From positions 1 through 57,981 of the IMG/VR virus record IMGVR_UViG_3300020439_002263: a stretch of DNA of 57,981 nt, one strand, 5' to 3'. Below the pieces are notes generated by a model that saw only the letters and a program-made list of their open reading frames with translations, searched no databases and was not told the origin of the DNA. A program made the position numbers and the translations under genes. Shown one piece after another: positions 1-7,677 of this stretch; positions within the stretch are counted from its first letter, which is position 1, and every line of letters begins with the position of its first letter. This DNA is from a virus (taxonomy: Duplodnaviria > Caudoviricetes).

Positions 1-896
1 GACGCAGCGGTGTGTCTCAGGATGTGGAGCGTCACGTCTTTAAGTCCAGCCGCATTTCTCATTATAGTGAAACGCTTGATACACCAATCCCGGGCAGACG
101 CGAGGCGAGATTGACTTTCGATAACACCCTCAGTTACTCGCTGCCAGCGTTCGTTTTGGAATAAAAACATCAGAGCCTCCTCGGCTTCTGGCGTCAAGGG
201 TACCCCCCGTGGGCGGTTATTCTTCGTCGCATGTAGTACGAGTGTGTGATTTATCACATCATCAGGACGGGCCTTAAGTACCTCAGAAAGACGGCAGCCC
301 GTTTGTATAAGAACATCTATTAGAGCGATCATTATAGCCCCGCTTTGTGTGGGCTTTTTATTTTTCTCGCGGTGCTGGTCTAACAGTACCGCTTTAGATT
401 TTAAAAGGTCTTCTTCTTCCTTAGTTAACCACCTGACCTTTGTATTATTAACGGGTAGCCGTGGTAGGAGAGGCATCGTCTCGATATAACCCATAGCAAC
501 CGCCTCTTTTAACGCTCTAGATAATGTCGACAGTGCGCTGTTTATTGAAGACGGCTTTAGTCCTGCTTTCTTCATTTTAGCCACCCACTCATCAGCCAGT
601 TTGTAGGAGACGGCGGCGGCAGGCGTCTCCTGCCAGTACCTCCGGACCCTCTCTACTTCGTATGACTTCTGCAACGCACTTTTGTCATACTTCCATTTTT
701 TTTCCCACATGGCATCCAGCGCGTTGCTTACACTATAAAATTCATCTTCCCGTATACGCTTTCCGGATACAATCCTTTGGGCCTCTATTAACGCCTCTGA
801 GCGGTCTCTACGACCCGTGCTACGTCGTTGACGTTTACCATTCTCATCCACCCACTCAACGGTATATATACCATTTGATCTTCTACGCAGTTTCAT
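1..896 (-). CDS. int: Tyrosine integrase (3' end truncated by window start; absent from ORF track)
   Basis: Translated by hand from ATG at 896: MKLRRRSNGIYTVEW...LIQTGCRLSEVL...TKNNRPRGVPL...TLHILRHTAA; catalytic R, K and HxxR motifs. Confidence 0.93.
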   Translation of the reverse strand, partial: MKLRRRSNGIYTVEWVDENGKRQRRSTGRRDRSEALIEAQRIVSGKRIREDEFYSVSNALDAMWEKKWKYDKSALQKSYEVERVRRYWQETPAAAVSYKLADEWVAKMKKAGLKPSSINSALSTLSRALKEAVAMGYIETMPLLPRLPVNNTKVRWLTKEEEDLLKSKAVLLDQHREKNKKPTQSGAIMIALIDVLIQTGCRLSEVLKARPDDVINHTLVLHATKNNRPRGVPLTPEAEEALMFLFQNERWQRVTEGVIESQSRLASARDWCIKRFTIMRNAAGLKDVTLHILRHTAA

Positions 897-1284
897 TCTC
901 TTCCTCTTCCAGTAAATGGTTAAGTTGCGGCCAAACGGCTTTATAGACTTCCTCCATGACCCGCCGTCCTTTATGCGAGAGACGGACGGGGCGGCGTCGA
1001 CGGTCCTTCCAGTCCGTTATCGTTTCGACCACCCCCAAGCCGGGTCTTTGGAGACGGTGCCACTCTCCTAATGCTTGAATATTTCGCGATACTGATGAAG
1101 TACTTAACCCCGTGACTCTAGCCATCTCTTTCATGTCGATACCTTCATCTTGATTTACTGTGGCGACCGTTAAAAAGATCACACCTTGATGCCACGGCAT
1201 GTTAGTATCGAGTTGTTCCCCCAGTACTCTAGTTGCGGTCAACATTAAACGCTCGAAGCCTTTTTTGTTTTTTCCTTTCTTCAT
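883..1284 (-). CDS. MarR-like winged-helix regulator, candidate prophage repressor
   Basis: MKEMARVTGLSTSSVSRNIQAL helix-turn-helix and DWKDRRRRPVRLSHKG wing motif; overlaps integrase start. Confidence 0.85.
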   Translation of the reverse strand: MKKGKNKKGFERLMLTATRVLGEQLDTNMPWHQGVIFLTVATVNQDEGIDMKEMARVTGLSTSSVSRNIQALGEWHRLQRPGLGVVETITDWKDRRRRPVRLSHKGRRVMEEVYKAVWPQLNHLLEEEENETA

Positions 1285-1459
1285 ACCTCTTCAATCCTTT
1301 CTTAGGTTTAATCCATATGGAAAGCATGAACTCCACCTTCCATAGAACTATATCTGTGGTGGTGACTTTATAGGGTGCAAGATGTTCCTCTTGCCATTTT
1401 TTAAAACTAAATAATTCGCGAGTAGTTAACACTGGACCTACATAAAGATCTAGCTTCAT
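1229..1459 (-). CDS. Hypothetical phage protein (start moved to ATG 1459)
   Basis: GGAG RBS before MKLDLY; overlaps MarR gene start. Confidence 0.5.
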   Translation of the reverse strand: MKLDLYVGPVLTTRELFSFKKWQEEHLAPYKVTTTDIVLWKVEFMLSIWIKPKKGLKRYEERKKQKRLRAFNVDRN

Positions 1460-1539
1460 ATTTTTACTCTCCAAGGCTATAAGTTGACTATAGCTCCCAT
1501 AAATGTTACATATTAAGCACAAACCAGCTAGCTGGTAAA

Positions 1540-1582
1540 ACGGGAGAAGGTCGTGTATTGGTAGTCCGCGACCCTCTCCCGT
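1540..1582. terminator. Hairpin (terminator or RNase III site) between early genes and repressor/integrase genes
   Basis: acgggagaaggtcg...cgaccctctcccgt inverted repeat; second hairpin at ~1631-1658. Confidence 0.45.
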
Positions 1583-1666
1583 TATCTACTGTTTCGCGCT
1601 TAATTTTTATTAACGCAAAATGTAGTTCTGGAAGTTACCCCTTTCTGGGGTTGCTTCTGTGTTTCT

Positions 1667-2347
1667 TTAAGCGGCTTGTAGCTCATGAGAGGATTCAAGC
1701 CAGTCGGGCATAAAAGACGGGTTAAAATTAACAGGCATCGCCACGCCTAAGAACTCCGGCACTTGTTCTGTTCGGACGAGGATAGCTCCTGATGCCTCGC
1801 TTTGATGAAGACATACGTGGTTGTCCACGCCTTTTAAACCCAGCTCTCCGAATGCCTTAAAAAACATGTCAAAGACCTTCTTCTGTACAGAGAAGCTTTG
1901 AGGCTGCTTCTCAGCGGGACGCGGGATTACCCTGCGCCATGCGGGAAAGCTCCAATCCATAAAAACGTCCCCAATGGCGGTTATCCAGTTCGGATGCTTA
2001 GCGCCCCGCTCAGCTACGTCTAGATAATCATTTAGACCGCCAGCCTTGATTTTTCGTACTAGCGTGGCTGCGCTATTGCCCGGCTCGCCCTCTAAGACAA
2101 CCACCGCTTCTTCCTGCTTCCGTATCTCAGCTAGGAAATTCTTATTCAATGAGACTAGAACATCTTTATCCGCGGAACCTTCGGCATCATAAAATACGCT
2201 CAAGGCTGCCCCATTTGTAGCAACGATATAGACGCCGCCCGAGGGGTGCGGTTCAATATATATCCCTTCTGTGTATGGTCGAGAACTGTCTTTCTCAGTG
2301 AAATGTTGAGAAGCGGCTATATATTTAGAATTTAAAACAGCGTACAT
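1667..2347 (-). CDS. Beta-sliding-clamp-like phage early protein
   Basis: KDSSRPYTEGIYIE...IVATNG and FPAWRRVIP resemble the DnaN middle domain (D.SRP.L.G...VATDG, FPDY.RVIP). Confidence 0.6.
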   Translation of the reverse strand: MYAVLNSKYIAASQHFTEKDSSRPYTEGIYIEPHPSGGVYIVATNGAALSVFYDAEGSADKDVLVSLNKNFLAEIRKQEEAVVVLEGEPGNSAATLVRKIKAGGLNDYLDVAERGAKHPNWITAIGDVFMDWSFPAWRRVIPRPAEKQPQSFSVQKKVFDMFFKAFGELGLKGVDNHVCLHQSEASGAILVRTEQVPEFLGVAMPVNFNPSFMPDWLESSHELQAA

Positions 2348-2359
2348 GTGACTTCTCCC

Positions 2360-2848
2360 TTAATGTGCTCTATATACTACTTTCATACCGCCTACTACTG
2401 TTTCCGTGTAGTCGTAGGATAGATATCGCCCCAGTTCTTCATAATCTATAAAAGGTGTTAGACTCGACGAAACGTCGCCGAATATTCCCTCTGCAACAAA
2501 TTCCTTCGCTAAGTCCTCTAGCGAGTACTCCATATATATATCTATGTATAAGTCGTTGGGATCATCTCTAGATAAATCCCAGCTTGAACCTAGTTCCCTT
2601 ATATAGATTATAACTCTTAACTTGTTGTAGTCGTCCCATTCTTCTACCGCGTTAAAGAATTCTGGAATAGTCTCTGGTCCGACGTCTAATACCTTGAACA
2701 GCTCACAGTCTAAATCTGAGCCGTCAATAAATTGAACGTTATAATCTTGATTCTTCGATGCCTTTTTTTCAAATTCTTCGGGTTCTTCAAAATAAAAACC
2801 CCGAACCGGGTCTGCAACTGGTTCAGCATACAAACAAATCGTAGTCAT
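2360..2848 (-). CDS. ardA: ArdA-family antirestriction protein (DNA mimic)
   Basis: Very acidic; GFYFE, QFIDG.DLDCELF and FIDYEELGRYL motifs typical of ArdA-like proteins. Confidence 0.75.
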   Translation of the reverse strand: MTTICLYAEPVADPVRGFYFEEPEEFEKKASKNQDYNVQFIDGSDLDCELFKVLDVGPETIPEFFNAVEEWDDYNKLRVIIYIRELGSSWDLSRDDPNDLYIDIYMEYSLEDLAKEFVAEGIFGDVSSSLTPFIDYEELGRYLSYDYTETVVGGMKVVYRAH

Positions 2849-2975
2849 CTTGGTAGTCCTCTTGGTAGTCCTCTTTAAAATGTTCTAGTATTTCGGCATA
2901 TTCTTCAGCCCAGTAATCAGGGCTGAAGAATTCTAGGAACTCAAACTCTTGAATGCTCATCAATGGACTATGCAT
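2823..2975 (-). CDS. Small, highly acidic protein (50 aa; below ORF-track cutoff)
   Basis: MHSPLMSIQEFEFLEFFSPDYWAEEYAEILEHFKEDYQEDYQDDYDLFVC; overlaps both neighbours; GAGGG RBS. Confidence 0.5.
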   Translation of the reverse strand: MHSPLMSIQEFEFLEFFSPDYWAEEYAEILEHFKEDYQEDYQDDYDLFVC

Positions 2976-3174
2976 TCCGTTTACCCTCTTGGGAGTAATC
3001 CGCTAGAACTCCCTCGCCCAGCCAGTAACACTTTAGGATGTGTAAAAGCTCTTGTTTTCTAAACGAGGGACTCTTTAGGCAGTCTCTGACATCGTCATAA
3101 ACATCATTCCATGCGTCAGAACCTTCAGGATAACGACGCCGTACGGTATCAACTATATGAAATAAATCTGTCAT
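2968..3174 (-). CDS. Hypothetical early protein
   Basis: 68-aa ORF tightly packed in early operon. Confidence 0.65.
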   Translation of the reverse strand: MTDLFHIVDTVRRRYPEGSDAWNDVYDDVRDCLKSPSFRKQELLHILKCYWLGEGVLADYSQEGKRNA

Positions 3175-3180
3175 GGTAGT

Positions 3181-3564
3181 CTAACCTTTTCTAGCTTTCT
3201 TTCTTTCTTGGGCACCTCGGCATTTAGAGCATTCACATTGTATAGATCCGATAAAAGCTTCTATGTCTGCATCTGAGTATCCAAACAGACGTCCCATTTT
3301 CCTGTGGTACTCTTTTAGACCATAAGTTTTTACACCTTCGTACAGTAAAAACAGATATTCCCGAATTAATCTCGCTCTTCGGGATATTATTACTTCAGGA
3401 CCTTCCTCACCTGTCCTGTAAACGGTGATTACCCCTTCCAAAGACCCCGCTTTAGTATAGGCTTCGGGATTCTTCCTTTTTTCAATCACTGCCAGCGGTT
3501 TTTTTCCTGTCAGCACTAGTTCAATCTCTCTTCCTTCATGAGGTGCGATTTGTCCTTTAGTCAT
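3181..3564 (-). CDS. First early gene, hypothetical (start moved to ATG 3564)
   Basis: AAGGA RBS before MTKGQIAPHEGREIELVL; C-terminal GRLFGYS and CECSKC. Confidence 0.7.
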   Translation of the reverse strand: MTKGQIAPHEGREIELVLTGKKPLAVIEKRKNPEAYTKAGSLEGVITVYRTGEEGPEVIISRRARLIREYLFLLYEGVKTYGLKEYHRKMGRLFGYSDADIEAFIGSIQCECSKCRGAQERKKARKG

Positions 3565-3824
3565 TTTGGTAGTCCTTTCTCTCTCTCTTTTTTTCACAAA
3601 CCCAAAATCTAGACCTAATGACCTAGACCTTAGGTTTGCGCTGTTTTCCACAGAAAAAACAGAAAGAGGGCATCCACTCGGCCTGCTGGCTCTTGGCGGT
3701 TTTACTAGGTCTTATGCACTAGGCGCCTAGCCTTCCCGGCTGCCTCGGTTTAACCCTTAACCGGTGGGTTTATGAAACTCGGGTCTGCGTTCCCTCGGAA
3801 GCTCACCGCGTTTCGTTGATTCCT

Positions 3825-3853
3825 GTACTATCCCACATGTGGGAATATGTCAA
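3825..3853 (-). promoter_or_regulatory. Host sigma70-type early promoter with palindromic operator filling the spacer
   Basis: Minus strand TTGACA-[TATTCCCACATGTGGGA, 17 bp]-TAGTAC; AT-rich UP-like tract upstream. Confidence 0.75.
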
Positions 3854-3979
3854 CATGAAAAATAAAATTTTTAATTTTTTTTTTTTTAATCCATTATAAA
3901 CAAATAAATAGAATAAACATTTCCACATGATAATCTCTCTTTAAATGTATAAATTCCCTCTAGTGATACATTCTCAACG

Positions 3980-3996
3980 AAAAAAAAAAAACAGAT
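3980..3996 (-). terminator. T7-type class II pause/terminator (ATCTGTT + U tract) at the concatemer junction
   Basis: Minus strand TATCTGTTTTTTTTTTTT; in T7 ATCTGTT directly follows the terminal repeat. Confidence 0.7.
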
Positions 3997-4205
3997 AGAC
4001 AGAACCACATACACATAAAAATAAGACTGTGTTTTATAAAGCCTTGTCTAATGTTAGATTTAGATATTTAATTAGAAGAAAACGTTGATTTCCTGCTGAT
4101 TTCCGTGTATTGTGTGTCAGAAAGTGTGATATTTCTATTAATAAACTGTCTGACAAGAGCACAAGCATGGCCTATGGGGGGATTTTTGACCTCAATCACT
4201 TATCA
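3997..4205 (-). repeat. Predicted direct terminal repeat (single collapsed copy, ~209 bp)
   Basis: Minus strand AAAAATCTGA-N7 | N25-CCCCCATAGG at one edge and | ATCTGTT at the other, matching T7 end spacing as recalled from memory. Confidence 0.65.
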
Positions 4206-4529
4206 TGCCCCTTCAGATTTTTTTACCAAAAAATTCGGGCACCTAGAATAACCAAGATGTAGTTTTCTTGATGACTACGCTTGAGTAGTAGATCAGTGAT
4301 CGCTGGTAGAATAGACCAGAAGATCTGCTTACTTATGTTATGTTATGTTAACTTATCCATAAAGACCGTAAGATGCATAACAATATATACGGATGCCCCA
4401 TGTAGTTCTTAGTGATATTCTTAAAGAAACCACATGAGGCAACGCACAATGAATCATCTTTAGTAAATATCTATATTATAGATGTGTTATTATTATTATT
4501 ATTGTTATATAGGGGACTCTCTTAAAGGA

Positions 4530-4653
4530 TCTTTAGGATGTTCCTGAAGGATAAGCTTAACGATTATCCTTTAGGATGTTCCTAAAGGATAAGCTTAACG
4601 ATTATCCTTTAGGATGTTCCTAAAGGATAAGCTTAACGATTATCCTTTAGGAT
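4530..4653. repeat. Tandem 38-bp repeat x3 plus partial, containing CCTAAAG/CTTTAGG inverted pairs
   Basis: Unit cctttaggatgttcctaaaggataagcttaacgattat at 4530, 4568, 4606; partial at 4644. Confidence 0.9.
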
Positions 4654-4692
4654 TTATATGTCTATATAATATATCTTTGGAACCCCCCCTCT

Positions 4693-4709
4693 GTAAGGAT
4701 GCACCCTAA
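4693..4709 (-). promoter_or_regulatory. Phage RNAP promoter (phiOR-like, toward terminal repeat)
   Basis: TTAGGGTGCATCCTTAC, identical to 27110-27126; followed by AGAGGGGGGG. Confidence 0.8.
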
Positions 4710-6448
4710 TTGATCCAGAAAGAGACGTACTGCTTCCTGTCGCTACCGGGGCGTAGTGTCTTACACCTTTTCATGAATTCCTTGAGCCTCAGTCGCTGAA
4801 GCTTATCTTTATATTCTTCCTCCGTTTTCTGTATATCTCTATTCAAGGCATCCACCCAGTAACCCACAGCTTCCGCTAAAACATCAATCCTGTCGTCATG
4901 CCTGAGACATCCTCTATCCCTTGTGATGTGGGTAAACTGGTAGAAAAGTTTATATTCTCTATCAATGTCCTCTTTATAGTCCTTCTCAATTAAGGACTGA
5001 TCAACGACGAGGCGGTGGCCTTGAACGACGGGCTCTAGTTTATCTAAGATCCTAGCTTCTTTCTGTCCAGTAACCTTATATTCGGTAAGAGTTACCGGAT
5101 AAATACTTTTAAGAACGGGCGAGAAGAGTTGTAGATACATGCCGTCGCCGAAGTTTCCTTCCACATGGACTTCATTCACGGCCTCTTCTTTAGCAATTTG
5201 AGCTAGTTTTCTGAGGGTATCCGAGTCATAACCTCCAGAGAACCCCCCAGCCCTGGTGAGGTATATCATGCCGTTTAGCATTTTCGTTACTGCAAAGGCT
5301 GTTTCGTCACCGCCCCGGCCTGACGGATCTATGAACATTACCGCACCTTGATACTTATCGAAGTGCTCCTTTGAGATATACATAGGGCGGTGGTAACGGT
5401 CGCCGTCGAAGCCCAAGTTAGGTAATTCAGAGATTTCTTGATCCTTACCTGACGCCCACGTCACCTTTACAGGCGCCATTTCTTTATCAAGGGACATAAC
5501 GATAAGGTCTTTGAGTTTGAGAGGATACTTCTCCGCATCGCTTAGACGTGTGTCCAGCATGTACTGTAACATGAACCCCGACGCTTTATACTCCGCCTCT
5601 CGTTCGATCAGATCTAGGTCATTAAACCGAGCCGGGTCAGTCGGAGCGCCCCCTAGCGCTGAGCCTACGGGCTTGGTCAAATCTGGGTTATTTTTGATAT
5701 CGTCCTTTAGTAGGGGCGCTAAGTAGGGACCATAGTTAACTAAGGTCTCTTCAGTTGGGTACCTCGCCGGCCAGATCCGTATATCATACCCTTTGTCGGG
5801 TAAGTGTCTGTAGATACTCTCTTGAGATTGGGGGGTACCTAGATAGATAACTTCACCACTGCGGCCGTTCTTTTCAGCGGGTTTAACGATAGCCGCGAAC
5901 TCTTTAGTGCGGTCTTCTAGCTTCTCCCTCATCGCCTCTGTTTCCGAGTTCTTAGGGACTTCGACATCATCCGCTATTAAAAGATAGGCGCGGGCTCCTG
6001 TTATCTGTCCAAAAATACCGTCACAACGGACCGACGGCGCTATGTTAGGACCGGCAGGACCAACGTCAAAACTTAACACACTGTCGCGTCTTCCGCCCCG
6101 TAATGGGGATAATAAATCTACTGTCTCGATTAGCTGCTTAATAAACATGGCATTTTCGGCAGCTTTTTTCTCGTTCGCAGACACGATTAGAATGAGTAGG
6201 TGAGGATCACGCCAGAGGCGCCAACACACATAAGCACAGGTAATCCATGATTTACCTACACCACGGAATGCCTGAATCATACGCTTTCTAGGACCGTTTT
6301 GTAGGTAATCAGCGATATCGTACTGAATACGCGTAGGTCGCGGTAAGGACAGACACTTTGTCCATAGGTACCATAAGAACGCTGCGAACGAATTATACAT
6401 CACCTTATCAGACTTGGTGACGATCCATTCAGGTATGTTATTCTTCAT
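4706..6448 (-). CDS. Terminase large subunit (T7 gp19-like)
   Basis: IQAFRGVGKSWIT Walker A, LLIADDVEVP Walker B, IDPSGRGGDET and HDDRIDVLA nuclease motifs. Confidence 0.96.
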   Translation of the reverse strand: MKNNIPEWIVTKSDKVMYNSFAAFLWYLWTKCLSLPRPTRIQYDIADYLQNGPRKRMIQAFRGVGKSWITCAYVCWRLWRDPHLLILIVSANEKKAAENAMFIKQLIETVDLLSPLRGGRRDSVLSFDVGPAGPNIAPSVRCDGIFGQITGARAYLLIADDVEVPKNSETEAMREKLEDRTKEFAAIVKPAEKNGRSGEVIYLGTPQSQESIYRHLPDKGYDIRIWPARYPTEETLVNYGPYLAPLLKDDIKNNPDLTKPVGSALGGAPTDPARFNDLDLIEREAEYKASGFMLQYMLDTRLSDAEKYPLKLKDLIVMSLDKEMAPVKVTWASGKDQEISELPNLGFDGDRYHRPMYISKEHFDKYQGAVMFIDPSGRGGDETAFAVTKMLNGMIYLTRAGGFSGGYDSDTLRKLAQIAKEEAVNEVHVEGNFGDGMYLQLFSPVLKSIYPVTLTEYKVTGQKEARILDKLEPVVQGHRLVVDQSLIEKDYKEDIDREYKLFYQFTHITRDRGCLRHDDRIDVLAEAVGYWVDALNRDIQKTEEEYKDKLQRLRLKEFMKRCKTLRPGSDRKQYVSFWIN

Positions 6449-6553
6449 GTTTTGGTGTATAGGGTTTAAAGGCGATATAAGGCTCGTACAGCTTATGTAA
6501 GGTGTTTTTCTATGTAATATAGTCTGACTTAATTTTACCCCACTGTACGAGCT

Positions 6554-6838
6554 TTAAAACGGCTTGGAGAATGGAAAATGAGTGACATTATTACTATTGA
6601 ATTCCTCTTCTAACTCATCGGCCAGAAGGTCTTCAGGATCGCCCGGTTTTACCGCTCGATCTATGCCGTTATCCTTCAAGAACTTAATAGCCTGAGCAAT
6701 GAGCGATGCGGGTATAGGCTGAGGGTTCCCCTTATCGTCAAGTACCTCCCCGTTCCTATACCGCTTGATTTCATCGAGAAGAGTACAAGCCACGGTCCCG
6801 TGTAAGGCGTCTAGAAGATCGTCTGTAGCTCTACTCAT
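6554..6838 (-). CDS. Terminase small subunit (T7 gp18-like)
   Basis: LDALHG and AQAIKFLKDNGI motifs; position before gp19. Confidence 0.85.
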   Translation of the reverse strand: MSRATDDLLDALHGTVACTLLDEIKRYRNGEVLDDKGNPQPIPASLIAQAIKFLKDNGIDRAVKPGDPEDLLADELEEEFNSNNVTHFPFSKPF

Positions 6839-7073
6839 TTAGTTGTCTCTCCATGCGGTCGTTTAGTACGGCTAGATGCTTATTCGCTTCGTTCAGTTCT
6901 GTGGTGAAATCTTCCAGCGTCTCTTTAAGTTCGTCTAGTTGTTCTAACTTCACGTCTTGTCTGACGTTATCCATTTTATTAGAAATCACTGTACTTCCTC
7001 CGCCCAGTAGCGCAGCCATAGCGACAGCATAGGCGGCCTTAGCAAGCCAAGGATGTTGATCTGATAAAGCCAT
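6831..7073 (-). CDS. Small membrane-anchored coiled-coil protein (possible lysis function)
   Basis: N-terminal hydrophobic stretch plus heptad-rich C-terminus; at the gp17.5 position. Confidence 0.55.
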   Translation of the reverse strand: MALSDQHPWLAKAAYAVAMAALLGGGSTVISNKMDNVRQDVKLEQLDELKETLEDFTTELNEANKHLAVLNDRMERQLNE

Positions 7074-7114
7074 GCGTTAAGCCTGTTCTAGAGGGGGAGA
7101 GGCCCCCTCTGTTA

Positions 7115-7261
7115 TTAATATCGCTTCAAGTTACGGTCTTTAAAAGTGCGGGAACCGCGGACTCTGTTCGTCCCGCCTTTCCCCACTTTAGAGCGTCGGA
7201 AGAGGCTCACACCGAAGGCGATAGCGAACAGGCAAAACACGATGCCTAGGAAATAAACCAT
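7115..7261 (-). CDS. Small single-TM protein with basic tail (48 aa)
   Basis: AAGGAG RBS; MVYFLGIVFCLFAIAFGVSLFRRSKVGKGG...; followed by hairpin at 7090-7110. Confidence 0.6.
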   Translation of the reverse strand: MVYFLGIVFCLFAIAFGVSLFRRSKVGKGGTNRVRGSRTFKDRNLKRY

Positions 7262-7272
7262 AAAACTCTCCT

Positions 7273-7677
7273 TTATTGTAGTGTAGTTACGTTCAGTAGA
7301 ACGGTTACTGTCTTAGAGATCCCGTTGTAACTAGCTGTAACTAGATACTGAGCGTCTGCGTCCTGACCATTAAATGACAGAGTGATATATGTAGACGTAC
7401 CTGAAGCAGGACCTGTGACACACGTCGTTCCTTGTACCTTCTGAAAAGTCCATAAGACACTCTTGTCTGCGTAAATGTTCACACGGGCGTCTGAGTTTAC
7501 GGAATACTGAACGCCGTTTGGTGGGTCCATCCAGACCGTCAGGGGCGCATGTACAAGCTTCCAAACCCCACCGTCCCTGACGTATACTTCCGGCTGCTTC
7601 CAAACCCCACCGTCCCTGACGTAGACCTCGGGGATCTTCCATGTCCCACCGTCTCTCACATAGAATGACATAGTCAC
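7273..7677 (-). CDS. Tail fibre-associated protein with three YVRDGGxWK repeats
   Basis: 39-bp tandem repeats at 7558, 7597, 7636; beta-rich C-terminus; overlaps fibre stop codon. Confidence 0.65.
   Translation of the reverse strand: MTMSFYVRDGGTWKIPEVYVRDGGVWKQPEVYVRDGGVWKLVHAPLTVWMDPPNGVQYSVNSDARVNIYADKSVLWTFQKVQGTTCVTGPASGTSTYITLSFNGQDADAQYLVTASYNGISKTVTVLLNVTTLQ

Noticed and set aside
4530-4653. 38-bp palindromic repeats as a CRISPR array
   Set aside because: Units are contiguous with no unique spacers; no cas genes in the window
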